Part shown: piece by piece, positions 10,691 to 23,457 of the stretch
Layout of the letters: each line of letters opens with the position of its first letter
Position numbering within the stretch: position 1 is the first letter of the stretch
NCBI GenBank assembly: GCA_013239625.1
Contig: MU054001.1
Location: forward strand, 2,672,151-2,736,150
Length of the DNA stretch: 64,000 nucleotides
Origin: Lama guanicoe
Taxonomy: Eukaryota
Direction: 5' to 3'
Program-made: the position numbers and the translations under genes
Notes under the pieces: model-generated
Seen by the model: only the letters and a program-made list of their open reading frames with translations
What the model was told of the DNA's origin: nothing
The model's database searches: none

Positions 10691-11869
10691 ACATTACACG
10701 CAGGGAAAAATTTGTATAGCTGATTAGAACAAGTTTTAAGTGACTGGCTAAAGAGAGCCACCTAAATTCAGGATTGCATGATCACCATCACCTCTCCTCT
10801 TTCTTTTTTTTTAAACGAACGGCTGTATCTCCAGTTTCAATTTCTACTAAAAAAGCGCTGCTGCTGAAAAGCTCAGAGCTATCTTGGCTCCCCATTTTGC
10901 CATTCACCCTATTATATTTTGGGCTAAGAACTTCTAAGAATCAACCCCTGAGTACAGCTCTTGGGGACCTCTTTGCAAAGACTAACTCAAATGGATGTAA
11001 TTAATCATTGTAACTATTTAATTTTCTAATGGAGAATGTCAGTCTTTCCTAAAGAAGCAGCGCTTCTGAGTTCTGGCAGCATTTCATACCTAGAATTAGC
11101 TCTCTGCCCTTTTTGCCCTGGCCCTGATCTTTTCTGTACATTAATATAGCTTATTTGGTTCCTGTGGAGTTGACCATGAAAGCCATCGAGTGAATTTTCT
11201 TCCACTGTGGTGCTGGATTAGGATAATGCCAGTGAGAACCTGCTGATTATCTAAAAATGACTCAAAGAGTGTGTGTCTGACTCTATTAATCTTTCCTAAT
11301 TTGTGCCAGTCTGCTACATTCAGTTTCAAGGCTTTTCTTCTTGCCTTGATATTTAAATGCTCTCTGTTTAAACTCACCCTCCAATGTTTGTGTTTGGGCT
11401 GCTGTGGATGTGTGCATGGGATGGAGGCTAAGTTAGGAGTCTACAGCCCTTGCTCCTACCCCTTTGGAAAGCAGACGTGCTGAGATGGACATGGTGGGGG
11501 GGCACGGAGCAAGTGCTGCTGGGAAGCTCTTTCTTAATCTTAATCTTCCTGATTAACACGCTCTAGCTGTGCTCAGGCCAGGCTGTGGGAGAGGGTTACT
11601 CACTGACCAGTGGCCCTTGCCCAGTGTTCTCCATGCACGGTCCACAGTTAGATCTATGGGGATGAGGGTGCTTATTGGTGTTATGAAGCCAAACAGGTTC
11701 CTTAGCCATAAATGGTTTAAGGGAACAATGTACTAAACCAAGTGAAACATGTTTCTTTCCTGCAGAACTTCTCAGGAGCCTTGATTTTTTGCTCATCTGT
11801 GCTGGGGATCTCTAAGAAGAGGATAAAACATAACATTTCTCAAATTTGTTTGGCAACAGACTAGCAGCT

Positions 11870-11960
11870 TTATTCATTCACTTAACAAATGTATATTTGG
11901 TGCTAACCACACACTAGGCTCTCTGCTAGGCACAGGGTGTGCCCTTTTGAGAAGAGCAGA
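11870..11960 (-). mobile_element. L2 3' end fragment
   Basis: TTATTCATTCACTTAACAAATGTATATTTGGTGCT...CTGCTAGGCACAGGG. Confidence 0.65.
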
Positions 11961-12324
11961 CTCAGGTCCACACCTGCCAGGATTAGTGTTCCAGGGAACC
12001 CCCTGGGACACGCGGCCCTGGCCCACTGTATTTCCTTGGAATAATAGGTTTCTGTGGGGTTTGTACCCGAATCTTCTTGCTCTCAAGAACTGATTTATGG
12101 ACTGAAATGGAGCAGTTTGAAAGGGAGAATGGAAGATATTGTTTATTGCCACAGAACACAACCATTAGAGAGACGAAGCCTCTGTTTTATGGTCATTTAT
12201 ATTCTTGTGAGATTTTATAAGTATATATTTGCCCTGGTTAAGTGTTCAAAATAGCTATACTTGGCTCTTTAACTGGATGTTAAGCCCCTTGTTGAGATCA
12301 TAGTCTATTTTCTGTTTTCCTTTT

Positions 12325-12900
12325 TTTGTTCACAAGTGACAGAAGCCCAACTTTAGATAAGTTCCTGGCTTTTGTAATCAAACAAGGACAGAGCAAAAGT
12401 GAAGTTGGCTTTAGGTATCACAGATCCTGTGAATCAAATACTCTGAAGACATTCTGCCTTCACCTCTCTGTCTCTTTCTGTCTCTCATATACACATACAC
12501 ATGTGTGTACATATATGAACACCTGTGCACATGTGTGTGCACGCACATGCACACACCTTTGCCTCCCTTTGTGTGTCATTTCATTTCCTCCCCTGTAGTC
12601 ATCTCCTCTACCTTCTGGGAGAGGTAGCCCTGGGACAGCCCCAGAGACAGAGTCCTACATCTCCCTGGCCATAGAATAAAGAGAGATCTGGTCATCATCT
12701 CCAGTGATAAAGCCTTAGAGTAGGGCTCTGATCAGGCTGTGTTTATGTGTCCACCAGAGACCATTCCTGTGAGCATGGAGATGGGATGCACCGGGATGAT
12801 CCACTGTCCTACTTCATGGCCTTGTGCACGTGCTGCTTCACCAGGAGGGAAACAGACGCAGAGGGCAGTCAAAATGGTATGCACTGCATTTCACACCATC
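12325..12900 (-). mobile_element. Degenerate MLT1-type LTR containing a purine-pyrimidine tract
   Basis: CAAGTGACAGAAGCCCAACT...TTGGCTTTAGGTA...GGGCTCTGATCAGGCT; CA/TG/TA tract at about 12487-12556. Confidence 0.45.
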
Positions 12901-13769
12901 TGGGAGCATTGAGAAGGTTGGAGGCACTTAGTGGATAGTTGCTACATAAGGAGAACAATGGGACATAGAATAATGAATAGGATGTGGGATTGTTTATATT
13001 AAAGAATATGTTTCTTTTTTTCTAACACAGTCCGGCGATATAGTAGACGCTCAGTGAAAATTTGTATAATCTCTGTTTTGGTTTGGTATTATATAAAGTT
13101 TTGTTGTATTTGTTTCCTTTTCTTTGGAAGCCTCTGAACTTAAGAAGATTTTTATAAACATTTGCATTTTATGATTTTGTGTGTGTGTTTTGTGTGTGTG
13201 TGAATTTTGGTGAGCTTTTGACAAGTTTCTGCCCCCAAGTAGGTTCCCTCTTTTCATCCCTAGTACTGAAAGTGCTTTCTGTTTCTCATTAGCCTCCTGG
13301 CTTTCTGAGTGTTAGGTCCTTCGCTTCTTGTCCTTGTAAAGATAGTCGACCTTCACTTTATCATTCACTTTAATGAGGTTGCACACAGAGATACAGGTCT
13401 GTGTGCACTCGCCTAATTGCAGCCCAAGAAACCTCATGCCATTTTATAGGCTGATGAAACACACAGGTAGGGACGGCCCAGTGGTGGTTGAACAGTGACC
13501 TTGGGCTGGAGAATTAGTGCCGAGGGTCTCTGGACTCCTCCTCTTTCTCCCCTGTATCTCTCCTGAAACACAGCTTCACACAATCTCAATTCTAATGGCT
13601 GCCTTATTAGGAAAGATGGAAGTGAACACCTGTGTGTAGGGGGCTGTCTAAACATATGGCTTATGCCTCTAGCACAGAGGCTGTTCTGTCTATTCTTTAC
13701 TTCTCTTCTAAGCTGCAGAGAGGATTAGGCAGGGTTGGAGCAGAGAACAAAAATATATTAGTCATCCTC

Positions 13770-14005
13770 ATAATAGGTAATCTTTTTCGAGCATTCATTA
13801 CGTACCAGGCATTGTATTAGTTCCTTTATAGTTAATAGCTCATTCAATTTTCAGTCATTTGAGTGTTATTTTTCCTATTTTATAGTTGAAGAAACAGGTT
13901 CAGAAAAATTAATGTTAAGTGACTTGTCTAAATTCATATAGTTAATAAAAGTCAGGTCCAGATTTGCTTGAAGGCAGTTTGATTCCGGAGCACCTTCTCC
14001 CACAC
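13770..14005 (-). mobile_element. MIR SINE
   Basis: GAGCATTCATTACGTACCAGGCATTGT...CCTATTTTATAGTTGAAGAAACAGGTTCAGA...AAGTGACTTGTCTAA. Confidence 0.75.
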
Positions 14006-14504
14006 CCTATATACCCCCACTCTCATACCAAATAAACATACACACTCTATTTGCCTGTGAACTGAAAAGAGAGGAGGGATTTATACTGTGCCAATCAGTG
14101 TACTTGACAGTACGCTCCACATGCAGGCAAGGCTGCACAGTCCTGGAAGGTGAAGGCTGGAAGACTCTTTCAGGTCCTGGCTTGATGGGCTCATTTGCAG
14201 AGGAAGAAACAGGCTGAGAGAGGAAAGTGGCAAATTTAGTGTCTTGACTTCTGGGACCCCACACTCTCTCCTTATTCTAGGACCTTGCAGAATAGTGGTA
14301 TTCAAAGTGTGGCTCACTTGCCATATGTATCAAAACCACCTTCAACAATTGGAGAGATTGTATATTCTGTGCACCCCTGTCCCCAAACCCCTGCATTGGA
14401 ACAATTCCTACGTCTTGTAAGTTCCTTACAGAAATTTTGTGCACAATAACATTTGTGAAAGATAGTTGTTGAGTTCTGGGGTCAGAATTTTGAGTTGCAG
14501 GTAG

Positions 14505-14700
14505 TGTTGTACAGCTGGAGGCAGATGTGGTTTGGAGGAAAATAGGCCTGAGTTTGAAGGTCGATGTGTTTGTTTCCTTCTACAAGCCTTAGTTTGTTCA
14601 TCTGCATAATGAGCATCAGACACCCACTTACCTGATAAAGCGATGTTGAGGGTGAGATGTAGTTTGTAAACAGAAGAACAGCTTCGTGCAGAAGTTAGCA
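14505..14700 (+). mobile_element. MIR SINE
   Basis: GGCCTGAGTTTGAA...GCCTTAGTTTGTTCATCTGCATAATGAG. Confidence 0.6.
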
Positions 14701-15879
14701 GTGGGCATTGGAGAAGAGGAGGACCTTGTGTGGAATTTATATAGATCATGTGTCTACCCTGGGGGTCCTTGTGTAGGGATGAATCTCATGATCCATGTGT
14801 TTGCTTGTCTTTCAGCTTTCCGTGGTGGGAGAAATCCCAAGGGCAGGTGGGGCCTGCAGGTGGTCATCGGCTGGTTGGTAGAACTTAGGTGGTTGTGTTA
14901 CCACCTAGCAGAATTTCTTTATGCCTCTGGCCACCTCCACCGTGTGTAGCTGTGGTCTACCTGCTCCCCTTCACTTGCCTTGGATATCCCTCTGTCCCCT
15001 TGCTTGCTGCTCAGCCCTCTCCCTTACCATCTCATAGTAGAAGTTCAGATCCCAAAGGAGCAGAGCTGGAAGAAGCTCTTGAAATAATCTACAGATGAAA
15101 GTTTCTAATGTTTTCAGCATTTCTCAAATCCTAGTACACAAACCACTGGTGATATTTGCAATTTGTTTAAGTGATTATGGACAAATACTCAATTTTTCAT
15201 TACAGTGATGTTGTAGTTATGTGGATACATATTAGAGCAGAACTTAAGTTCTTCAGATTTATGGTAAGGTTATAACATTTCCTTTTAAATGTGTTTGTTA
15301 ACATATATAATAGTACAGGAGTTAACGTGCAAACATTATTATAATGTCGTGTGGAGGGAAAGCCCTCATTATCCCAGCTAATGTCCACTCTGGGCCTTAA
15401 GTCAAATGTGGTTAGGAAAGGAAACTAAATCCCTGCAAAATGCTCTCTTAAGTCAGCTGAAATACATTTTGGAGTAAAATCTCTGTCTTTTCCTTTTGAC
15501 TATGTATTTGTTTGTTGGTGATCCTTAGTAGGGAAAAAAGCCAGGACCTACAGCAGCAGGCAGGATTGCACAGCAGGGGTAGGAGGGAGGGAGAGGCAGG
15601 CAGTGGATTCGCCCATCAAGGCTCCTCTATGCTGAGTAGGAAGCTCAGGATGGTGTTTGGGGCCATCACCACCGTGTCCTCAAAGCCCCAGCCTACTGTA
15701 GAGCAATCTTTGGGGCCTCTGATTCTGGGGTCTGTGTAAGGGCAGCAGAGTAGCTGGGCTCTGTCCCCATGCCCTCTCTGCATTCACACAGTTCATAAAT
15801 CAGAATGCCATGTAGAATTCCACTGTAATTTTTAAAAATGGAAGTGGAAAGGGGTTTCCTTAGCAAAAGCTGGAAATAT

Positions 15880-16150
15880 TGCTGGTATAGTAGAAAGAGC
15901 ATAGGCTTTGGAGAAAGATGGGTCTGAAAAAATCCTAGCTTTGTCATTCACTAGAAATGTGATTTGTGGTAAATTAACTAATCTTTGTGAACCTCAATTT
16001 CTTCAGTGTTAAAGTTGACCCTCCCTGTTTCTCAGAGTTTATTATGAATATCAAATTAAACAACATTTAGGAAAGCACATAGCATCATACTTGGCATATA
16101 ATAGACACTAGGTAATTAGGAATTTTTATTGATTATCATAATAATAATAA
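15880..16150 (+). mobile_element. MIR SINE
   Basis: GGTATAGTAGAAAGAGCATAGGCTTTGGAG...CCTCAATTTCTTCA...CTTGGCATATAATAGACACT. Confidence 0.8.
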
Positions 16151-17584
16151 TTATGTCATCTCTCCCAAAGTTATTTGTATTATAAGAGGGTGCAAAGCTC
16201 TAAGCTAGGGTATTAGACTCAATAAGGAAGTTTCAGGCATCCAAGAGTAGAGTGTGTACATGCTCGGGTGTGCAGGGGAGAGGGTGGGTGGTAGAGGTGG
16301 AGTTTAGTCCCTGATGTGCATAAACAATGTCATATCTTTGTAAGTGCATGGTTAATTTTTGTTAGGGACCACAGTCATCAGTCATCCTCAGCTGAAGCCA
16401 CAAAATTCAGAAATATACTTCTTGTCTTAAAAAAAAAAACAAAAAAAAAACCTAGCACAAGGGAAAGCAAAGTAGAGAGCCCTGAGTGCACACCCAGGCA
16501 GTGTCTAGGGCATGAAGCAGTTTCCACAGTGGTCATCCTATGAACCAATCTCCGAGAATGTGCTTTCTTCCCATGGGATGCCTTGTTTTGGAGAAGGGAA
16601 AATAAATTGACTCATTCTACTTATGGACCTAGGAGGTTATTCATAATGACCTTTTTTCTTCATTCCAAATGAATTCTTGCAGGAGTCAGTACCCTGAGCC
16701 AGCAGTGCTGAGGAAATGCTCTCATGATAATGGATTATCTGAAATGACCCCCATCTCCACCCTTCCCACTCTGTCTTCCCATCCTTCAGTACACTCTATC
16801 CTGGCCCAATTAGAAACACACAATGACTCATGTTCATGAAGTGTGTTTTGAACTTTAAGTTGCCTCTTCATATTTTTAAATCATTGCATTTAAGTCTAAT
16901 TCAATAAGATTGTGTATTTCCTTCAATTTAATCTGTGAGCTGCTTTCGCCTACCTGTTGCTAGGACAACCAGTGCCTGCTCTGGCTTTTGCTTGTTGTCC
17001 AGGCACAGGCTGTGTTAATTAACTCCCTGAAATTGCAGGCCAGGTAATCAATACCAAATGTATGGACTTGGCTGGAATGTTTTAATTAAATTTACAGTAA
17101 TTTTATTTGCAGCTTCTTCTGCAATCTGCATGGTGAGCAATTGATTTTTATTTCAGATACAATGGTCTGCTCGCTAGCCAGGTTATCCCTTCTCCTAAGT
17201 GCCTTTCTCCATCAGCTGAACCCCTCTTAAATGAGAAATAGCCAAGGCAAACTATTAGTTCAAATAATAATGAAAAAGAAACTAACCTTAAAAAATCAGG
17301 AGGGGTGATTTTTTACCAGTTAAGCCTCCCACCCCTGGCCCCAGTTGGATGTGTTTTGTATGAAATGAATTCAGAAGACAGACTACTAGGATCCTGTGGA
17401 AAACATCCAATGATGATGGGTAGGAAATACAAATACTGTGTGTTGCAGGCACCTCTCTGCTGCTTAAAAGAAAAGACGTAAAATATTGCCCTCTACCACC
17501 AATATTCTTGGTTAAAAATAAACATATCCTAAAAGAGTTGAGCTGTGTGCTGTTTAAAAGGCCCTCTCCTCTAATTTTTTAAGC

Positions 17585-17980
17585 GTAAGGATTAAATATT
17601 TGGGCTCCCAAGACAGATAAACCTGGGGTTTACATCTCAGCAATGTCACCAAGACAAGTTTATCAACTTTTCTTCCTGTCTAGAGGAGAAGTCATCATAC
17701 CTACCTTACAGGATGTTGTAGGATGAAATAGAGTACACAGGGTGGGGTGCATTGGTTCATGATGTTAAGGCCATGAACTCTTGAATCAGACAGTCTGGAT
17801 TTGTGCCCCAGCTCTATCATTTGCTCTTTGGATGAATTCAGGCTAAGTGCTTATCCTTCCAAGGCTTCAGTCTTCTCACTTCAGAAATAAGGACATTGCT
17901 AATTTGTCTAGTAGAATTACTGTGGGGATCCTATGAAATAATGCATGAAAAGCATGGACCTCGGTGCCTGGCATATACAT
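17585..17980 (+). mobile_element. Two adjacent MIR fragments
   Basis: AACCTGGGGTTTACATCTCAG...CCTACCTTACAGGATGTTG and GTTAAGGCCATGAACTCTTGAATCAGAC...GTGCCTGGCATATA. Confidence 0.7.
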
Positions 17981-19814
17981 TCGCTAGGGTTTTCTTGGGT
18001 TTGAGAGTTCATCACTTTGTTGGGCGGTAGCTGTATGGTGTTAGCCAAGTGGGTTCCTTGGGTGTAAGGACCAAACCTGTGTTGATTGCTTGGGAGTGAT
18101 GGAAGTTTATTGCAAGGATCCTTGAAAAGTCCATGCAGAACTAGAATATGTCCCACAGATTAGTGTTAGCCACACTAACACTCTAGATTCTGTTTCTCCC
18201 TGCATGGAGGCCTTTAGAAATACCACCAAAGTCTTTATCTTTGTTAAGAGTAGGAACTTGAGCTGAACACCCTACCGTTTTCTTTGTTTACCCTGCATTC
18301 CCACTTTCCACAGAGTTCTCTTGGGTAGTTTCTCTCCCATTAGTAATGGGGATCTTTTCCTGGACAATTTCCCTTCAACCACTTCAGAATCAGTTGAATT
18401 CTCTTCCGTTTGGGTATGACTCTGCTCCAGTCCTCTGTGGTGGGGGCAGAGGCTGGCAGTGGTTCCTCCACTGAAGAAAGCAGCCTATCAATCATGACTA
18501 AAACAGGCATAAAACAAAGCAAGAGAGCCCTAGCAAGGTGCCCTGATCTAAGACTTTTATTTGCAGATAAAAACTTTAATTGCTTGAAATACTTATTAGA
18601 AATTTACTAGATATCATTGCATGAATGAAGAAAGGCAGGAACAGTTTAGAGAGGCAAGCATGATTCTATACGATTCCCTTCAAAATGGTGGAGAGGCAGC
18701 CAACCACTTCCTCTGCTAATGTGTTTCAATAGCCATTTTCTAAGAATGGATTTAACTAAAGGCATTATTGGCCACAGGAGCCTGGAATGGCCATTGGAGA
18801 ATACGAATGAGATTTTCTTATGGTGAACACCTGACTAAAAATCCTTTCTCTCTGCCCACATCTTACATTCCAAATAAACAGAAATTTAATGAGAATGTAT
18901 TCATTTCCCTTCAAAGGCAACTGCAGAATATTGTATTGGAAGAGCTTCAGCTAATAGAAAAAAAATATGTGTCCCCTGGTGGAAATAGAGTCGTCATGCT
19001 AGAATTTGAGGATATTTCCCTTGGCAATAAAATTAATCTTTTTTTCATTGCTTAAGATGATTTCCTGATGGGAGACACTGTGTCTGTGGAGATATTTTTG
19101 CTAATTTATTTGAGTCCAGTTAGAGAATTGATTCTAGTTCATTGTAGCCAGGGGATGGCTGACCCTTGACAACTGCTTATTTCCTCTAGTTAAGTTTTCC
19201 CGATAAACACCTCTTTTTCACTCATTCTTTCTTCACATATCATGGCATCTAGGCCCAGAAAAACACATTAGGCAGAAACTTAAATCTATGAAGAAGTTAT
19301 GATTGAGTGATGTGAGGCCCAGTCACCCACCCTTTCCTGTAGAGATGAAGGAGTGCCATAGGTGGGGAGGTGGCCATAACCTCCAGTGTTAGAATCTGCC
19401 CTACACCCCCACCTCAGGAGGCCTGGCTCAGGACTGTGTAAGATTCCTGGAATCTTGGGGAGCTCAGAATTGTCTTAAAAGAACACTAACAAAATTGAAA
19501 ACCGAACAAAACTCATGTGACTTTTCGGTCATTTGTCTTGTCATTGCCCACGAGCAGATTTTCGTCTACATACACGATTTCATGTAATCGTTATGTGGGG
19601 TGCCTTTGTTCTCCAACATTCCTTCTCTCTTTCCCAACTGCCAAAGCCCCAGCATTGTGTGCATTCACCAAGTTGCTGCTCTGTCCTTAAGACCCAGGTT
19701 GAGCTTACCAGTCGGCACACTCTGTGATCCCTCAAATGCGACAGTGATCTGGGAGAGTTTGGTATGGGCTCAGTGCTCATTATTTCCACAAATAAGAGCA
19801 GATGCACAGATAAT

Positions 19815-20055
19815 AAAATAACACAGTCAATAGGTATGCAGTGCTAACCGTGTACAAGGTACTAAGTTATTACATTTATAAACTCATTTACTTGTCATAG
19901 CAGCCCTCTGAGGAAAGTACCATTATTATCACTTTCTTGTAAGAGGAAATTGGGGCAAAATGAACTTAGGAAGCATACTCCAAATCGCATGATTGGTAAG
20001 GGGAAGAGCTCAGATTTAAACCTAGGAAGCCTGACTTCAGAATCTGATTCTATTT
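19815..20055 (-). mobile_element. MIR SINE
   Basis: AACTCATTTACTTGTCATAGCAGCCCTCTGAGG...GAGGAAATTGGGGCA...GATTTAAACCTAGG. Confidence 0.7.
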
Positions 20056-20129
20056 CCAGCGTTCCTACTTTTGAAAATTATTTGGTGGTTTTCTTCCCAG
20101 TGGGTTTTCCTTCCTCACTCCACTTGGGT

Positions 20130-20300
20130 TATTCATCCATTTATTTACTTATTCATTCAATTATTCACACATTCAAAAAATATTAACTTGACCCAGTGTG
20201 CCCACTCTATGCTAGACCCTGAGACTAAAGTCATGAACGGCACGGCTACTGGCCTATCTGTGGGCGTATAGTCCAGCAGGGGAGTCAGACGAACAAGTGA
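20130..20300 (-). mobile_element. L2 3' end fragment
   Basis: ATTTATTTACTTATTCATTCAATTATTCACACATTCAAAAAATATT...ATGCTAGACCCTGAGA...TAGTCCAGCAGGGGAG. Confidence 0.65.
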
Positions 20301-21227
20301 TTATAGGATTAACTGGCTGTTTATAATTTCTAGGTGCATTTAATACCATTGCATTCAATATCTCCTGGAACAGTGGAAGGATGTGAACAGGTTCACGGAG
20401 AATATATGAAAAGGGGGCAAGAACTGGGCAGGGAGAAGGAAGGCTGTTCAGGCTGCTGCAACAGGCTGTGCAGAAGTCTGGGCGAGAGCGGGCAAGGCAA
20501 GAGAGGTGCCTGGTTTCTGAGACATGGCAGGAGTGTTTTCCACTCAAGAATACCTGAAACAAATGTGACTAGATGCTAACAATTGGCAATTCTGAGTAAA
20601 TTTTAAATTTTACTTATAAAAAGAAAGGAACAGAAGAAGATGCAGACTGGAGCATTTCAGACTTACTGTTTCTTGAAAGTGGGGTAGTATCCTGTGTGAG
20701 GGTCTATTCTGACTTGGAATGAGATGGTGGATTGACTCTGTAGCCTGGGAATAAGAGGCAGGCCCAAGGCAGCCTTTAGCTTTAGCCTAATGGGCCAAGT
20801 GTTCTGAAGGAGAAACAGCAGGTCTCTTTGTGCCTGTGGTTTGTGGGTAGCGTCTCTCCACCTCAGGGAGTAGTAGGTGAGAGAGGCCACCTCTAGACCC
20901 AGATGAAGGAATAATGAGTCTGTTATATCGGGGCTCCGTTTCCCTGCCTTGTCAGAACAGTGAGCATATTAAACACATGTGTTCCATTGTTGGGTGTGGT
21001 ATTTGACAAAGTAAAGGGCTTGGCTTCATGATCTAGGCCCTGCAGATCGTGGGATTTATATAAACCTTGTCAGGGCCTCCTCTGTGTGTAATGCTCATGT
21101 CAGGAGTAGATGACTGGGAAATCGCTCCTCTGTCCACTCAGATGTGGACCCCACCTGGAAGATGAAAAGGGATGACCCAGAATCACCCAGTCTCAGAGAT
21201 GAAGGGTCTGCCTAAAGGTCATCTGAC

Positions 21228-21500
21228 CACTGATTTCCAAATCTGACTGTTCATCCCAAGCAATTGAGAACATTTGTTAAAAACAGATTAAAAAGAATTA
21301 TGGAGATACGAATTTAGAAGGTTTGAGATGGGGCACAAGAACCTACAAGCTGATACTTCAAAACCTGGATCTGGATTAGTGCTTCTGCTCTGGGGGAACT
21401 TGTTAAAATAAAGGTTCCTTTTCAGCAGATCTTCTGCATTTCTAGTAAGTGGCCCAATGATGCTGCTGGTCCAGGGGATCATCCTTCTAGTTGCAAGAAC
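21228..21500. mobile_element. MER5-family fragments (two adjacent)
   Basis: TTTGTTAAAAACAGAT...GATGGGGCACAAGAA; GGGGAACTTGTTAAAAT...CTGCATTTCTAGTAAG...GATGCTGCTGGTCC. Confidence 0.6.
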
Positions 21501-21677
21501 TTACAATCACTTTGAAGTGAGTGAAGTTCTTTTTCACTTGTATTTGAATTCTTCTAGAGATACAGAGCTCTCAGCCATATAAGACAGTTCCTACCATTTG
21601 AGAGAAGTTTCTGTTATTAGTCTGATTTTTCTTTTATTGAGTTGAAATCTCTATGCTGGTAAATTCTAGAAGGTACT

Positions 21678-21910
21678 ACAGTGGAGTGGTTAAGTGTAAG
21701 CTCTGGAGACAGATGACCTCATTTGGATCTTGGCTCTGACTTTTGCTAGCTTTGTGACTTTGATTAATACACGACCTTCCTATGTCTATAAAATAGGGTA
21801 ATAAGTACCTACCTCATAGGATTACTGTAAATTCATAAGAGCATTAATCCATGTTCTGGTCCAATAGGATGAGAACAACACTTGGCATGGAGTAAGCATT
21901 TATCAGCATT
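21678..21910 (+). mobile_element. MIR SINE
   Basis: AGTGGTTAAGTGTAAGCTCTGGAGACAGA...GCTTTGTGACTTTG...TAAAATAGGGTAATAAGTACCTACCTCATAGG. Confidence 0.8.
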
Positions 21911-22299
21911 TTGTTGTTGGTGCAGCTGCATTTCAAGCAGAAGCAATTCAACATCTGTCCTACTTCATATCCCAATCTGAGGTATTAATAGACCAGGTAG
22001 CAAACTATAAATTACTGCCAAGACAAAAGTTAGAATTTACCCTTTCTAGCATTCCACCAACTTTTCCAGCCTTCACAGTCCTGGTGTTGGGTGTTGCTTT
22101 GATCTTTACAATTTGATCTGCCTAGTATTACCTTGTGCAGACAGAAATTAAGAAATCACGCACAATGTGGAAGAGGGCTTTTCTTCCAGGAACACAGTAA
22201 TTTGAATATAAGCCATTGTGATTTCATGTTAAGCTTGGAAATTTCAATTTACAACCCCAAGTAGTGGAAGAAGAGAAAATTGTTTTTCTTTTCTTAAAA

Positions 22300-22600
22300 A
22301 AAATTACTAAATATTTTGGACATACAAAAATATATAAGAATACTCTAGAAAATACTTGTATATGCACCTTCTAGCTTAAGAGATAGAATATGAGTACTAC
22401 TTCAAGTCTCCCTGTATGACCCTCCCCAGTTGTACCCCTTCTTTTTTTCAGAAGAGGCAACCACTATTCAGAATTTAGTACTTATCATGTTCACATATTT
22501 GGGTTATTCTTTAACTATAAACATATGTATTCCTAAGCAGTATAAGATATTCTTTTGTGTGTTTAAAATTTTTATATTAAGTATACTTCCGCAATACATA
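22300..22600 (-). mobile_element. Old L1 (L1ME-like) 3' UTR fragment
   Basis: ACATACAAAAATATATAAGAATA...CAGAAGAGGCAACCACTATTCAGAATTT...ATGTATTCCTAAGCAGTAT. Confidence 0.6.
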
Positions 22601-22879
22601 ATTCCTCTTCTTCTTCTAATATACAGTTAAAACACATGCTTAAAAATTCAATTCACTTATTTGTTCCAGGCTGTGTAAACTTCCTCCTTCCACTAACCAG
22701 CTATTTCTGTTGCTGAATGAAATCAGAAGAGTAGTGGATATAAGGAAGTGGGAAGAAGGGACTGGATGGGAAAATAAATCTCAGTCAGTATCTTAAAATA
22801 GTATCTTCCGTACTGATAAGGACAATTAAATTGGCACTGATGAATATATGGCTAATGGTATAAGAGCACTGAGTAATAT

Positions 22880-23457
22880 CCTGCCTCTCAAACTCTATTG
22901 TATATGCCTGTCATCTAGGGATCTTGTTAACATGTAGGTTCTAATACCACAGGTCTGGGGTATGAGCTGAGATTCTACTTTCCAGCAAGCTCCCAGGTGA
23001 TGCAGATGCTGTGGTTCTGGGCCAGGCTTTGAGTAACAAGGGTGCATGGACAGAGCACACATTTGTCTTAGACCTGAGTTTGAATATTAGCTCCTTATCC
23101 TGGAGAAACTTGGGAAAATTAGTTTCCAGTACTGTGGCTCTTATCCTTGGCTGCCCATTATAAGTCACCTGGGTTACAAATCCTGTATCCAGGTTGTACC
23201 CCAGATCAGTTAAATCAGATATCTAGAGATGAGACCTAAGCATCAGTAGTTTAAAAAATTGTCCGAGTGATTTCATGGTGCAGCCAAAGCTGAGAACCGT
23301 TGCTCTAGGGTGAGGGTTCTCAAACTTTAGCACCCGTCAGAATCACCCATAGATTTCTGGGTCCCAGCTCCAGAGTTTCTGATTCAGTAGGTCTTGCTCT
23401 GGGCCTGAGAATTTACATTTCTATCAAGTTCCAAGGTGACGCTGATACTGCTGGCCT
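22880..23457. mobile_element. Cluster of three MER5 elements (A, B, A-like) interleaved with MIR pieces
   Basis: About 22880-23041 (GGGATCTTGTTAA...CAAGCTCCCAGGTGATGCAGATGCTG), about 23131-23302 (CCTTGGCTGCCCATTA...GTGCAGCCAAAGCTGAGAACC), about 23313-23457 (GGTTCTCAAACTTTAGCA...CTGATTCAGTAGGTCT). Confidence 0.8.

Noticed and set aside
13010..13060. Apparent splice acceptor TTTCTTTTTTTCTAACACAG followed by CpG-containing sequence
   Set aside because: CTAACACAGTCCGGCGATATAGTAGACGCTCA is better explained as the L2/MIR tail motif (ACAGTGCCTGGCACATAGTAGGCGCTCA).
16275..16300. G-rich run, possible G-quadruplex (also about 15576-15600)
   Set aside because: Only three runs of three or more Gs; does not meet the canonical four-run pattern.
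17289..17315. 10-bp-stem hairpin TAAAAAATCA/TGATTTTTTA (similar 9-bp stem at 62163-62189)
   Set aside because: Short stems of this kind are expected by chance in 64 kb and are far too short for a pre-miRNA.
18290..18470. Possible - strand exon (CTTTCTTCAG acceptor, one open frame, GG|GTAAAC donor)
   Set aside because: Weak splice signals, translation unlike any protein I recognise and no partner exons; cannot be supported without RNA-seq or BLASTX.
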